Positions 29,858 through 39,399 of a DNA stretch of 64,000 nt are shown here, one piece after another; the stretch's first letter is position 1, and the number at the start of each line of letters is the position of its first letter. The position numbers were made by a program, and so were the translations under genes. The notes beneath the pieces were generated by a model. It saw only the letters and a program-made list of their open reading frames with translations. It was not told where the DNA came from and ran no database searches. The DNA comes from Candidatus Kerfeldbacteria bacterium (lineage in GTDB: Bacteria; Patescibacteriota; Patescibacteriia; UBA10025; JAHIVO01): NCBI GenBank assembly GCA_047946875.1, contig CP181398.1:207154-271153 (forward strand), in the 5' to 3' direction.

Positions 29858-30379
29858 ATGCCAAAAACTAAGCAGCAAAAAGAAGAAACAGTCAAAGACT
29901 TAGCAGAAAAATTATCAAAAACCAAAACTGTGATATTTACTAATTTTGATGGTTTGAATGTAACAGATACAACAGAGCTAAGAAATTTACTACGAGAAAA
30001 TAATATAGATTATGCAGTAACTAAGAGAACATTAATAAAGTTAGCATTAGCTGATGCAGATCTAAAAGATATTGATGTTTCCCAGTTAGAAGGTGGATTA
30101 GGAGTAGCCTTAGGATATGATGACGAAATACTTCCAGCAAAAATATTAGGTCAGTTTGCAAAGAAACATGATAAATTGATTATGGCTGGTGGAATTTTTG
30201 ATGGTAAATTTATTGATGCCAAGCAGGTAGTTGAACTATCTAAGATGGCAGGCAAAGATGAGCTAAGAGGTAAATTGGTTTGGTTACTAAATTATCCTGC
30301 TAGTGGATTCGTTAATGCACTTGCTGGTAATATAAAGAATTTAGTTTATGCCTTACAGGCAATAAAAGATAAAAAATAA
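29858..30379 (+). CDS. rplJ: 50S ribosomal protein L10
   Basis: MPKTKQQKEE, ELRNLLRE, KRTL; precedes rplL; ATG at 29858 preferred over the ORF-track start. Confidence 0.95.
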   Translation: MPKTKQQKEETVKDLAEKLSKTKTVIFTNFDGLNVTDTTELRNLLRENNIDYAVTKRTLIKLALADADLKDIDVSQLEGGLGVALGYDDEILPAKILGQFAKKHDKLIMAGGIFDGKFIDAKQVVELSKMAGKDELRGKLVWLLNYPASGFVNALAGNIKNLVYALQAIKDKK

Positions 30380-30402
30380 TAATTAATAAAGGATAAAATA
30401 TT

Positions 30403-30819
30403 ATGACAGAAGAAAAAAAAGAGGAAAAAGCAGTCGAGGTTCCAGAAAAATTTAAAAGTATGGTAACTGAGATTGAAAAGCTAACTGTAATGGAGTTAGC
30501 AGAGTTAGTAAAAGTTTTAGAAGAGAAATTTGGTGTTTCAGCTCAAGCTCCTGTAGCTGTAGCTGGTGCTGCTCCTGCCGGTGAAGCAGAAGGTGAAGCA
30601 GAAGAAAAATCAAGTTTTGATGTTGAGCTTACTGCAGCAGGTGGAACAAAGATTGCAGTTATCAAAGCTGTTAGAGAAATTACAGAGCAAGGTTTGAAAG
30701 AGGCTAAAGATATGGTAGATGCTGCTCCAAAAGTTATTAAAAAAGGAGTTGCTAAAGAAGAAGCAGAAGAGTTAAAGAAAACATTAGAAGAAGCTGGCGC
30801 AACAGTTACTTTAAAATAA
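30403..30819 (+). CDS. rplL: 50S ribosomal protein L7/L12
   Basis: [27 protein letters not shown]. Confidence 0.98.
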   Translation: MTEEKKEEKAVEVPEKFKSMVTEIEKLTVMELAELVKVLEEKFGVSAQAPVAVAGAAPAGEAEGEAEEKSSFDVELTAAGGTKIAVIKAVREITEQGLKEAKDMVDAAPKVIKKGVAKEEAEELKKTLEEAGATVTLK

Positions 30820-30830
30820 ACATTTTAAAT

Positions 30831-30866
30831 AAAAAATCCTCAAGTATAATACTAGAGGATTTTTTA
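30831..30866. terminator. Bidirectional terminator
   Basis: AAAAAATCCTC...GAGGATTTTTT between convergent genes. Confidence 0.75.
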
Positions 30867-30882
30867 TTTACTTAAATTTTTT

Positions 30883-33189
30883 TTAATTTAATATATCAAT
30901 AGCTAGAATAGAATTACCGTTTAATATATATGTCTTTTTGTTCTTCCAGTCAGTAGATATGCTTTTCATATTATTAAATGAATCTGAAACATATTGGTTA
31001 ACAAGTTTTCCGTCTTTAGTAAATTCTATAATCCTATTACCTTTAGTATCTAAGACGAAAATATTATCTGTATCTGAATTAGTCCAGATCTGGTTAGCAG
31101 ATTCTAGTAGAGGATCGATTTTTGCTAATGCCCATTCTTGTTTTGCTCCTTGGAATAATCTTAATACTTGTCCATTACTTAGGGAGACATAAACATTACC
31201 GTCAATTGCAATAGATAATCCATTACGCAGATCAGAACTGTCTTGAAGCCATTCACTTGCCTGGTTGTAACCATTGCTAGTTCTTGTCGATCTATAAATT
31301 TGGCCTTTGTTAATATCTAGAAAATATACTCTATTCTCATAACTATTCATATCAATAATATTAACGTCGTCAGTAGGTAGGTTAAATTGTAATGAGGATA
31401 TTGTATTGCTTTGAGAGTTAAATTCGTCTAACCCATTAGCATTATTAAATAAGACTAAATTATTATTATACTCTGTAGAATATTGAAAAGTATTTTCTAT
31501 TTCTTCTTGAGGGTATGATTTTATCTCACCTGATTCAATGTCTGCAGAATAAATAGTTTTCTTACTAGAATCATAAGCATAAATTATATCATCAATGACA
31601 GTAAAGTTATTAATACTTGCTGTAGAGTCCACTGTAGAAAAATCAACTATATTGGTGGCTGCCATATTTGCTATATGTCTTGTTTTCTCTAATTGAATAG
31701 CTATATCTGATTGTAACTCAGTAATCTTGATTTGATCATTTTTATCGTTTTTTGCAAGCTCTGTTAGAATATCTTGTGCTTCGAATAGTAAATCTTTTGC
31801 TCCATCTTCATTGCCATATGAAAGTGCAGCTTCAGCTTTTAGAATATTTTGTGATATTTGTGATATCGATCTATCGAATTCAATACTTTCTTCTTGATTC
31901 TGTTGTGACATCGCTGAGCTAAATATACTTTGAGCAAGTACAAATGCTATTACTATAGCAGAGAGAAGTAATATTTTACTTATGTTAGGAAGTTTAATAA
32001 ATTTATTAATTATATTGGATATTTTTTGAGAAAAAGTTTTAGGACTTGATACAATACTAGATGCTATTTTATCGCGTTTCCTAAATATTCCAACAATCAC
32101 GTGAAGTAATTTTATTAATGCTTGACCAAGAATTTTAATTAAATTTCCAATCGATTTTAATAAAGTTGATTCTCTTTTTTCTTTATTACTATATTGTTTT
32201 TGAGTGCTTGTATCAGCTGGTCTGTAATCTTTTGTTTCTTTTTCGAATCTTAGTCTACGAGGAGATTGTTTTAATAATTTTAGTTTAATGAAATCGCCTA
32301 ACTTTAAAAATATTCCCCCAAATAAATTACTCATATGTCTACTTAGAGATGGTTTGAGTATTTGATTTGTAGAATTTTTTTTATCTAAAAGATTTTCCAT
32401 GGAAGATTGTGAAGAAAAATGATTAACTGCGTTAGCTACGTTGGCTGGGGGAGTCACGACATCAGAATCTGGCTGCTTATATTCTGTTGCAGTTTTAACT
32501 TCTTTAATTTCTGTTTTAATTGAGAGAGCAGCAAAAGCTGTATTAGTTGAGTTTTCAGCTAGTAGATTTTCTAGAATATGTACTGATCTTTGAGGTGAAT
32601 TTTCTTGAATTGTTCGTTTTATTTTTTCTGGTGATAGATAATCTAGTAAATTGGAATTACAAAATAAGAGTGCATCGTCAGAAGCAAGTTCACCGCTTAC
32701 GATATTTGAAAAAGCTTTTAGAGGATTAATTTTGTCACCCAACTCATTTGCTTCTTCAGTCGTTTCAATAATGTTAGTAATTTTATTGTTTCTGACCATG
32801 AATGCATAAAGCTTACCAACTTGACTAAAGTACAGTGTATTGTCTTTTACTATTACAGCAATAATATTTAATTTATCTAGCCAATTTGTATCATAGTCAC
32901 CAACCATATCAGCAATTCGTTGATTTACATTTTCGAGAGCTTGTTCGAAAGCTGATTCTATTTGTAAATCATCTGTATTATAATAGCTTGTAGTAAAAGT
33001 ATCCTGAATAGTTTGGATAATATCAAGATTTATTTTGTCGTCTGAGTTAATTTCTGCAACTAGAAAAAGTTTACCCAGATTCTTCTCTTCAATAGGGGAT
33101 TGTTTGGATGCAAAAACATGGCAGGTTGACCTGCTTGTGTCTGGATCAAATATTAATAATTTGTCAAAAATTAGTGCAAAATTAGCCAT
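30883..33189 (-). CDS. Membrane protein with PP2C-like N-terminal fold, central TM and C-terminal beta-propeller
   Basis: N-terminal beta/alpha pattern (YFSQVG, SGEL...D.LLFCN); TM near aa 405; AIDGNVYV, IFVLD..NRII repeats. Confidence 0.6.
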   Translation of the reverse strand: MANFALIFDKLLIFDPDTSRSTCHVFASKQSPIEEKNLGKLFLVAEINSDDKINLDIIQTIQDTFTTSYYNTDDLQIESAFEQALENVNQRIADMVGDYDTNWLDKLNIIAVIVKDNTLYFSQVGKLYAFMVRNNKITNIIETTEEANELGDKINPLKAFSNIVSGELASDDALLFCNSNLLDYLSPEKIKRTIQENSPQRSVHILENLLAENSTNTAFAALSIKTEIKEVKTATEYKQPDSDVVTPPANVANAVNHFSSQSSMENLLDKKNSTNQILKPSLSRHMSNLFGGIFLKLGDFIKLKLLKQSPRRLRFEKETKDYRPADTSTQKQYSNKEKRESTLLKSIGNLIKILGQALIKLLHVIVGIFRKRDKIASSIVSSPKTFSQKISNIINKFIKLPNISKILLLSAIVIAFVLAQSIFSSAMSQQNQEESIEFDRSISQISQNILKAEAALSYGNEDGAKDLLFEAQDILTELAKNDKNDQIKITELQSDIAIQLEKTRHIANMAATNIVDFSTVDSTASINNFTVIDDIIYAYDSSKKTIYSADIESGEIKSYPQEEIENTFQYSTEYNNNLVLFNNANGLDEFNSQSNTISSLQFNLPTDDVNIIDMNSYENRVYFLDINKGQIYRSTRTSNGYNQASEWLQDSSDLRNGLSIAIDGNVYVSLSNGQVLRLFQGAKQEWALAKIDPLLESANQIWTNSDTDNIFVLDTKGNRIIEFTKDGKLVNQYVSDSFNNMKSISTDWKNKKTYILNGNSILAIDILN

Positions 33190-33298
33190 TTCAGTATTAT
33201 TTCTTGCTAGTTTTTTATAGGCATATTATAATACAGTCATAACAATTAGTAAATAGTCATTACATTCAGCTGTGTTGTGATTAATAAAGGAAAAAAGT

Positions 33299-33862
33299 AT
33301 GCTTGAACACCTATTTAGTTCACGAACTAGGGTAAAATTACTAAAAATATTCTTAAGTAATCCAGATAAAGATTATTTTGTAAGAGAACTAACCAGAAAA
33401 ATTAAGGAGAGAATAAACTCAGTTCGTAGGGAACTAGAGAATCTTGAAAGACTTGGGTTAATTGTGGCAGAAACCTCTGGTCAAAAGAAATTTTATCGTG
33501 TTGATAGTAATTTCATCTTATATCCTGAAATGCGTGCTTTAATACTTAAGTCTCAAATGACTGTAGAAAGAGATTTCGCAAAAAATATTGGACAAGTTGG
33601 TCAAATATCATATTTAGTTTTGACTGGTATCTTTACAGGTATCGAAGATTCACAGACAGATATATTGATTGTTGGTAAAGTAAATAGAACCAAATTAACA
33701 AGATTGATAAATAAATTTAGAAAAGAACTTGATAAACAGATTAGATTTACAGTTATGACCAAAAAAGAATTTGAATATCGGAATGATCTGACAGATAAAT
33801 TTTTGTATCATATTTTAGAAAATAAAAAAATCGTTATCACTGATAAAATATTTGATAAATAG
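33299..33862 (+). CDS. Winged-HTH + nucleotidyltransferase-like protein
   Basis: LFSSRTRVKLL, YFVRELTR, VRRELENLE; DILIVG. Confidence 0.75.
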   Translation: MLEHLFSSRTRVKLLKIFLSNPDKDYFVRELTRKIKERINSVRRELENLERLGLIVAETSGQKKFYRVDSNFILYPEMRALILKSQMTVERDFAKNIGQVGQISYLVLTGIFTGIEDSQTDILIVGKVNRTKLTRLINKFRKELDKQIRFTVMTKKEFEYRNDLTDKFLYHILENKKIVITDKIFDK

Positions 33863-33865
33863 ATA

Positions 33866-34303
33866 ATGATATTAATAATAAATACAGCCGTTGAGGATAT
33901 ATTCCAGATCGCTTTAGCTGATAAGGACGGTGTTTTGTTGGCACAAAAAAATGTGCGCGGCAAGTATGTACAAGCTGAAAAGTTGTTACCGACCATTGTG
34001 AAACTAATGGAAGTAAATAAAATTAAACAAAAAGATCTAAAGGGGATTGTAGTTGTTAAAGGACCGGGCGGTTTTACTTCGATAAGAATTGGAGTTATTA
34101 CGGCGAATACTTTTTCATTCGCACTTAACTTACCAATTATTGATTTCAAATTGAACGAATTTAGTGATTTTGGTGATTTAGCAAAGAAATCAGTAAGAAA
34201 ATTTAGAAAGAAAGTTAATAAAAAATTAGTAATTCCATTTTATGGGCGCGAGCCAAATATAACAAAATCTAATAAAAATATTTTTGATTCACTTAAAATT
34301 TAA
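33866..34303 (+). CDS. tsaB: tRNA t6A biosynthesis protein TsaB (short form)
   Basis: GPGGFTSIRIG, P.Y...P.IT. Confidence 0.85.
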   Translation: MILIINTAVEDIFQIALADKDGVLLAQKNVRGKYVQAEKLLPTIVKLMEVNKIKQKDLKGIVVVKGPGGFTSIRIGVITANTFSFALNLPIIDFKLNEFSDFGDLAKKSVRKFRKKVNKKLVIPFYGREPNITKSNKNIFDSLKI

Positions 34304-35508
34304 TAAGTTACAGGGTTACTTGGTTTTAGTTGGTACGCTGATTTAAATCCAAATTTATTACTCAGAATGTCTATAGCATTCTGTATTTTTTTAATTTTGA
34401 AAAATGATTTTTCAAAAATACTTTGAATTGGTTCATAACTTAAGAGGTCATGAATAGTAGCTGATACAGAAATTATTTTAGTGCTCAATGGTAAAATTTC
34501 ATTTAGTAATTGATTTGCCAAAGGAGCTAAGTCATTATAATTATTTAAAGGCATATTAAATTGTTTCCTTTTTGTTTTGATACTATGTTTATTAAACGTG
34601 ATTTTAATAGAAAGAACGTTCCCAGTTTTCTTCTGAGATTTGAGAGAATTACAAATTATTTTTATTTGATCAAGCAAAGAATCAAATATAAGATTTTGGT
34701 CGTTGGTAGCAAATTCAAAGCTATTTGATCTAGTGATTGATTTTTTTATTCCAACTGAATACACTTCACGGTCATCGAGAGCATTTGCCATTTTCCAAAT
34801 TTGTAATCCATTATTACCGAATGTTTGAACAAGCTGTGCTTGAGGCATATTTGCTAGATGTCCAATGGTATGTATATTGAGAGATTTTAGAGCAATTTCT
34901 GTCCTTGGGCCTATGGCTGGTAAATATTTTATAGGTAATCCTGAGATGAATTCTTTTTCTTGTCCCCAGGGTACATAAGTTATTGCATTTGGTTTTTGTG
35001 ACTGGCAAGCGATCCGAGCACATATTTTGTTGCTAGCTATTCCTACAGAAGAAGTTATTTCAAGTTCTGAATATAATTTATTTCTAATATCATTTGCAGC
35101 TTGTTCTGGTGATATCCATTTTTCTTCAAAGCCTGATATATCAATATACGCCTCATCTAGTGAGATTGGTTCAATTTTTTTACTATATTGTGAAATTATT
35201 TTGAAAAATTGTTGAGAAAATAATTCATATTGTTCAAATGAGCCGGCAATATATTTAGCTTGTGGGGCTATCTCATATGCTTTTGATAAAGTCATTATTT
35301 TATTAATACCTAAATTTCTTGCTTCATAACTGGAGCAAGCCACAAGACTATTGGGTTTGATGTTATTACTTATTATGACTGGTTGGTTTCGTAGTTCTGG
35401 ATGTAGAGCTTTTTCTACTGAAGTAAAAAAAGAATCTAGACTTATATATAGTATTGTTTTTCCGGCATAGCCGGATCCGCCTTTGGAGGAGAATTTATTT
35501 TTTTTCAT
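34300..35508 (-). CDS. dinB: Y-family DNA polymerase, DinB-like (first catalytic Asp appears substituted)
   Basis: LDSFFTSVE, SYEAR, SLDEAY, KPN; next to lexA. Confidence 0.8.
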   Translation of the reverse strand: MKKNKFSSKGGSGYAGKTILYISLDSFFTSVEKALHPELRNQPVIISNNIKPNSLVACSSYEARNLGINKIMTLSKAYEIAPQAKYIAGSFEQYELFSQQFFKIISQYSKKIEPISLDEAYIDISGFEEKWISPEQAANDIRNKLYSELEITSSVGIASNKICARIACQSQKPNAITYVPWGQEKEFISGLPIKYLPAIGPRTEIALKSLNIHTIGHLANMPQAQLVQTFGNNGLQIWKMANALDDREVYSVGIKKSITRSNSFEFATNDQNLIFDSLLDQIKIICNSLKSQKKTGNVLSIKITFNKHSIKTKRKQFNMPLNNYNDLAPLANQLLNEILPLSTKIISVSATIHDLLSYEPIQSIFEKSFFKIKKIQNAIDILSNKFGFKSAYQLKPSNPVTY

Positions 35509-35556
35509 ATTAGATTTATAAGTTTCCGGCGGGGCCGGATCCGGCTTTGCCTGAAT
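35458..35556. repeat. Two CCGG..CCGGATCCG palindromic repeats, one in-frame in the dinB 5' end
   Basis: TCCGGCATAGCCGGATCCGCCTTTGGAGGA and TCCGGCGGGGCCGGATCCGGCTTTGCCTGA. Confidence 0.65.
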
Positions 35557-35593
35557 TAGTTAGTTATTTTAATTTATAAAGAGGGAAGTGATG

Positions 35594-35612
35594 AGCCGAA
35601 TAAAAACCGAAA
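35594..35612 (-). promoter_or_regulatory. Candidate LexA box upstream of dinB (TTCGG-N6-TTCGG)
   Basis: AGCCGAATAAAAACCGAAA, identical copy at 37203-37221. Confidence 0.7.
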
Positions 35613-35722
35613 ATAAATAACAAATTTATTTTCGTCCTGAAAGATTTTGAAGGACCTAAGTTTTTTGGCTCACTAAACAATATATGTCTTTGAGTAAATT
35701 ATTTTATTTGGTTAAAAAAGGT

Positions 35723-36349
35723 TTATGAAAAATTTCTAATTATTCCTAGTACTCTCCCTTGGACGATAATATTTTTTTCGTAACGCGGTTTATATTTTTT
35801 ATTAGCAGGTTGTAATCTAATAAAGTTTTTTGTACGAAAAAATTTCTTTAGAGTTGCACTTCCGTCTTCAAGTAGGGCAACGACGGTATCACCATTTTTT
35901 GCATATTCAGTTTTTTCACAAACAACATAATCACCATCAGCGATAAGACTTTCGATCATAGAGTCACCCTTAACTTTAAGAATGTATGAATTCTTTTGAC
36001 CGATCATTTCTTTAGGAACTGGTATTTTAGAATCTCGATTTTCTAAAGCCTCTATTGGTTCTCCGGCAGTGATAAGACCGACTACAGGAAGTAGAATTGA
36101 GTTATTATCTGAGACGGGGGATGATTCAATCTCATCTTCTATGATTGTTATGCCTCTAGCAGTATCTTTATCTCTTTGAATAAAATTATGTTCTTCAAGA
36201 AACTTGATATGTTCATGAACCGTAGCTAGTGATGACAAGTTAAACTCTTTTGCAATTTCAGTAAGTGTAGGTGCATAATTATTTTCTTTGATATAACCTT
36301 TTAAAAATTGAAAAATCTTTTGTTTTTTGTTTGGTAATATAGTTACCAT
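35723..36349 (-). CDS. lexA: SOS repressor LexA
   Basis: PTLTEIA, ITAGEP (Ala-Gly cleavage site), VKGDSM, ATLKK. Confidence 0.96.
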   Translation of the reverse strand: MVTILPNKKQKIFQFLKGYIKENNYAPTLTEIAKEFNLSSLATVHEHIKFLEEHNFIQRDKDTARGITIIEDEIESSPVSDNNSILLPVVGLITAGEPIEALENRDSKIPVPKEMIGQKNSYILKVKGDSMIESLIADGDYVVCEKTEYAKNGDTVVALLEDGSATLKKFFRTKNFIRLQPANKKYKPRYEKNIIVQGRVLGIIRNFS

Positions 36350-36390
36350 ATATTTGTAAGTTAGTATATAATGAATTTAGAATAATATTT

Positions 36391-37185
36391 TTGAATATGA
36401 CAGGAATAATTAATATATTTTTACCATTGTTTGTGCAGATACTAGTACTGTATCTTCTTTCTCGTCTTTTGAATAAAGTGATTATGAGGCAGTTGGGGAA
36501 GAAATGGTATTTAGCGACGATGTGGCCTGGTGTCATGATTCATGAACTATCACATGTGATCGGGTGTATAATTACTTTTACAAAAGTTTATAAAGTTAAT
36601 TTGTTTACACCAACAGGGGATTCTTTAGGGTCTGTAGAACATGCAAAGACAAGTAATCCAATATCGAATATTATTATTTCAATTGCGCCATTGTTTGGGG
36701 GGACTGCAGTTATTTGGTTGCTGACCTACTTGTTCTTCCCCGAAATATATAAGGTTCAGTTAGATAGTGTTAATCTTGCAGTAGGTGATCTGAATAATTT
36801 TCAAAACTTTTTTAATTTTACAGTAAATTATTTTCAGTTGTATTGGGATTATTTTGTTCAACTATTTCAGAATATGAATTTTGGATCCTGGCAAACTTAT
36901 TTATTTATCTATTTAATGTTATCTCTTAGCTCTCATGTTGCACCATCTAAAAAGGATTTAAGCTATACCTATGTAGGAGTTATTGGATTAATACTCTTCT
37001 TTGCTCTTATTTTCTTTTTAGATTCGTGGTTACAGGTTCCAATAACATGGAGTATTATTCAATGGTTAACTAAACCTCTGTTTTTAACTGCCAATTTTTT
37101 AATTTACGGCATCATTTTTACAGTATTTAGTTTATTTGTTATGCAGTTGATTGCTTTGATTAAGCGCCTTTTTGTAAGGGGATAA
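36391..37185 (+). CDS. Membrane metalloprotease-like protein (M50-like)
   Basis: PGVMIHELSH, GSVEH, IAPLFGG, APSKKD; multiple TMs. Confidence 0.7.
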   Translation: MNMTGIINIFLPLFVQILVLYLLSRLLNKVIMRQLGKKWYLATMWPGVMIHELSHVIGCIITFTKVYKVNLFTPTGDSLGSVEHAKTSNPISNIIISIAPLFGGTAVIWLLTYLFFPEIYKVQLDSVNLAVGDLNNFQNFFNFTVNYFQLYWDYFVQLFQNMNFGSWQTYLFIYLMLSLSSHVAPSKKDLSYTYVGVIGLILFFALIFFLDSWLQVPITWSIIQWLTKPLFLTANFLIYGIIFTVFSLFVMQLIALIKRLFVRG

Positions 37186-37197
37186 TCGAATACATTA

Positions 37198-37226
37198 AAT
37201 ATAGCCGAATAAAAACCGAAAGTCAA
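37198..37226 (-). promoter_or_regulatory. Minus-strand sigma70 promoter with candidate LexA box in its spacer
   Basis: TTGACT-TTCGGTTTTTATTCGGC(17)-TATATT. Confidence 0.7.
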
Positions 37227-37233
37227 TACATAG

Positions 37234-37242
37234 TTATCCACA
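37234..37242 (+). promoter_or_regulatory. DnaA box
   Basis: TTATCCACA; isolated copies also near 10499, 25134 and 51402. Confidence 0.45.
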
Positions 37243-37464
37243 GAAATAAATTTTCAAATAGGCTGAGGTATATAATATTTGATCACATAACCATCAATTA
37301 AATAGCTATTGATATTCATAGCTATTTTTTAATTACTATATCTTGTGGTCACTCACTATCAGGGCATACCACAAGTTGTAATTTTTTTCATTGGTAATCT
37401 TGACGAATATTTTGAATTATATTGTGGTGAATATTATTGCAAAGGCTTTGACTTTTTGCTAAAA

Positions 37465-37515
37465 ATGGGGTAGAATGGATGTATTAGGTAGCGAAGTGGA
37501 TAATTGTGGGGATAA
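37465..37515 (+). promoter_or_regulatory. MraZ-binding repeats
   Basis: TGG(G/A)-containing repeats at about 10-nt period upstream of mraZ. Confidence 0.5.
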
Positions 37516-37573
37516 GCTCACTTATCTGTGGACAAGCCGTAAATTTTATTACTTAAATTACATATCTAAATCA

Positions 37574-38005
37574 ATGTTTATAGGAGAATATCAACATAAT
37601 ATAGATGAGAAGGGTCGGTTGGCAGTGCCGGTTAAATTTCGTGGTGATTTAAGTAAAGGAGCTGTAGTAACTAGAGGATTAGATAACTGTTTATTTTTAT
37701 ATCCTCAGAAAGATTGGGAAGAATTAGCTAAGAAATTATCACAATTACCAATATCCAAAGCAAATACAAGAGCATTCGGCAGATTGATGTTAGCTGGAGC
37801 TATGGATTGTGAGGTAGATAAACAAGGAAGAATCATATTACCTGATTATTTAAGAAAGTATGCAGCGATCTCAAAGAAAGTTGTAGTAGCTGGATTATAT
37901 AATAGATTAGAGATTTGGGATGAAGATGCTTGGGAAAAGTATAAAGCAGGGACTGAGAAAAATAGCGGAGATATTGCTGAAGCGCTTGGAGAGATAGGCG
38001 TTTAA
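37574..38005 (+). CDS. mraZ: Division/cell wall cluster regulator MraZ
   Basis: MFIGEYQHNIDEKGR, DKQGRI, LEIW; ATG at 37574. Confidence 0.96.
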   Translation: MFIGEYQHNIDEKGRLAVPVKFRGDLSKGAVVTRGLDNCLFLYPQKDWEELAKKLSQLPISKANTRAFGRLMLAGAMDCEVDKQGRIILPDYLRKYAAISKKVVVAGLYNRLEIWDEDAWEKYKAGTEKNSGDIAEALGEIGV

Positions 38006-38013
38006 TTTAGTTT

Positions 38014-38973
38014 ATGCCAAATACGCACATACCAGTACTTCAAAAAGAAGTTATAGATAATTTACAACCAAGTTCAGGTAATAATTTCATAGACGGAACT
38101 CTTGGAGGAGGTGGACATGCTAAAGAAATATTAAAGTTAACTGGACCAGATGGAAAACTACTAGCACTTGATCTGAATAATGATACATTCGTCGTAGCAA
38201 AAGAAAATTTAAAAGAATTTAATAATAGAGTTACATACGTACAAGAAAATTTCTCAAAAATAAAACAAATATACAATGAACAGTTCTCAATATATAAAAT
38301 TAACGGTATTCTACTTGACCTTGGTTTCTCTTCTCTTGAGCTCGAAGGTGAGGATAGAGGATTTTCTTTTAAAATAGATAGTCCACTAGATATGCGGTAC
38401 GACCAACGACAGTCGCTGACCGCAGCAGAAATAGTTAATACATGGTCGTTTGACAATTTAAAAAAAGTGATTCAGGAGTATGGTCAAGAACGTTTAGCGC
38501 AAGCGATTGCCAAAAAAATAATAGATTCGCGTCTAAACAAAAATATAACAAAAACAAAAAATCTTGTTGAGGTCATACTCCTGGCCTTTAGAGAAAAATT
38601 AGGTACGGATAAGGAAATTCCATGGATAGGTGGTATTCATCCAGCTACTCGAACTTTTCAAGCATTGCGTATTGCAGTAAACGATGAAATTAACAATTTA
38701 AAAAAAGTTCTACCACAATCAATAGACTTATTAGAAAGTGGAGGTAGGCTAGCGATCATTTCTTTTCATTCTTTAGAAGATAGAATAGTAAAACATTATT
38801 TTCGTAAAGAATCAATAGATTGTATATGTCCTCCAGAGATTCCTGATTGTAGATGTGATCATCATGCTAAAATAAAATTAATAACTAAAAAACCAATTAA
38901 ACCTTCTGAGGAAGAAATAAAAATAAACCCTCGTTCCCGTAGCGCACTATTACGCGTCGTGGAAAAAATATAA
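38014..38973 (+). CDS. rsmH: 16S rRNA m4C1402 methyltransferase
   Basis: HIPVL, DGTLGGGGH, RGFSF, FQALRIAVN, NPRSRSA. Confidence 0.97.
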   Translation: MPNTHIPVLQKEVIDNLQPSSGNNFIDGTLGGGGHAKEILKLTGPDGKLLALDLNNDTFVVAKENLKEFNNRVTYVQENFSKIKQIYNEQFSIYKINGILLDLGFSSLELEGEDRGFSFKIDSPLDMRYDQRQSLTAAEIVNTWSFDNLKKVIQEYGQERLAQAIAKKIIDSRLNKNITKTKNLVEVILLAFREKLGTDKEIPWIGGIHPATRTFQALRIAVNDEINNLKKVLPQSIDLLESGGRLAIISFHSLEDRIVKHYFRKESIDCICPPEIPDCRCDHHAKIKLITKKPIKPSEEEIKINPRSRSALLRVVEKI

Positions 38974-38978
38974 ACAAA

Positions 38979-39332
38979 ATGACAAAAATGGCAAGAAAAT
39001 TTAATAAAAAAAATAATTTTGTAAATCCAGTAAAACAAAGAAATTTAAATTTAGGTAAAAATAGTTTAGGTATCATGCTATTTGCTCTAATAGTTTTTGT
39101 TGGACTATCCTATCTATATTATATAAATCAAACAGCAACTGGTGGTTTTGATATAAAAGGTATGGAAAACCAAATTACTGAACTATCAAAAGATAATAGG
39201 CAATTAGAAATTAAAACAGCGGAGATGCAATCTCTTAGTATAATCGAAGAAGCAGGAAATAATCTAGAAATGGTAGCAACAACATCCATTGAATATTTAC
39301 CGGCAGTTGGTTCAGCAGTGGCCGTCAGGTAA
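38979..39332 (+). CDS. FtsL-like cell division protein
   Basis: Basic N-terminus, single TM, coiled coil; lies between rsmH and the PBP. Confidence 0.7.
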   Translation: MTKMARKFNKKNNFVNPVKQRNLNLGKNSLGIMLFALIVFVGLSYLYYINQTATGGFDIKGMENQITELSKDNRQLEIKTAEMQSLSIIEEAGNNLEMVATTSIEYLPAVGSAVAVR

Positions 39333-39399
39333 AATATATATAATCATATTGAAATAATAGGTGTACTGCTAATAAGTAAATGTTTCAATTAATTTTTAT

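Noticed and set aside
37186-37573. Possible oriC
   Set aside because: Only one perfect DnaA box and no dnaA/dnaN nearby; the other motifs fit MraZ, LexA or NrdR sites
37475-37573. N-terminal extensions of MraZ (and RplJ at 29819) in the ORF track
   Set aside because: They overlap regulatory sequence; conserved protein starts are at 37574 and 29858
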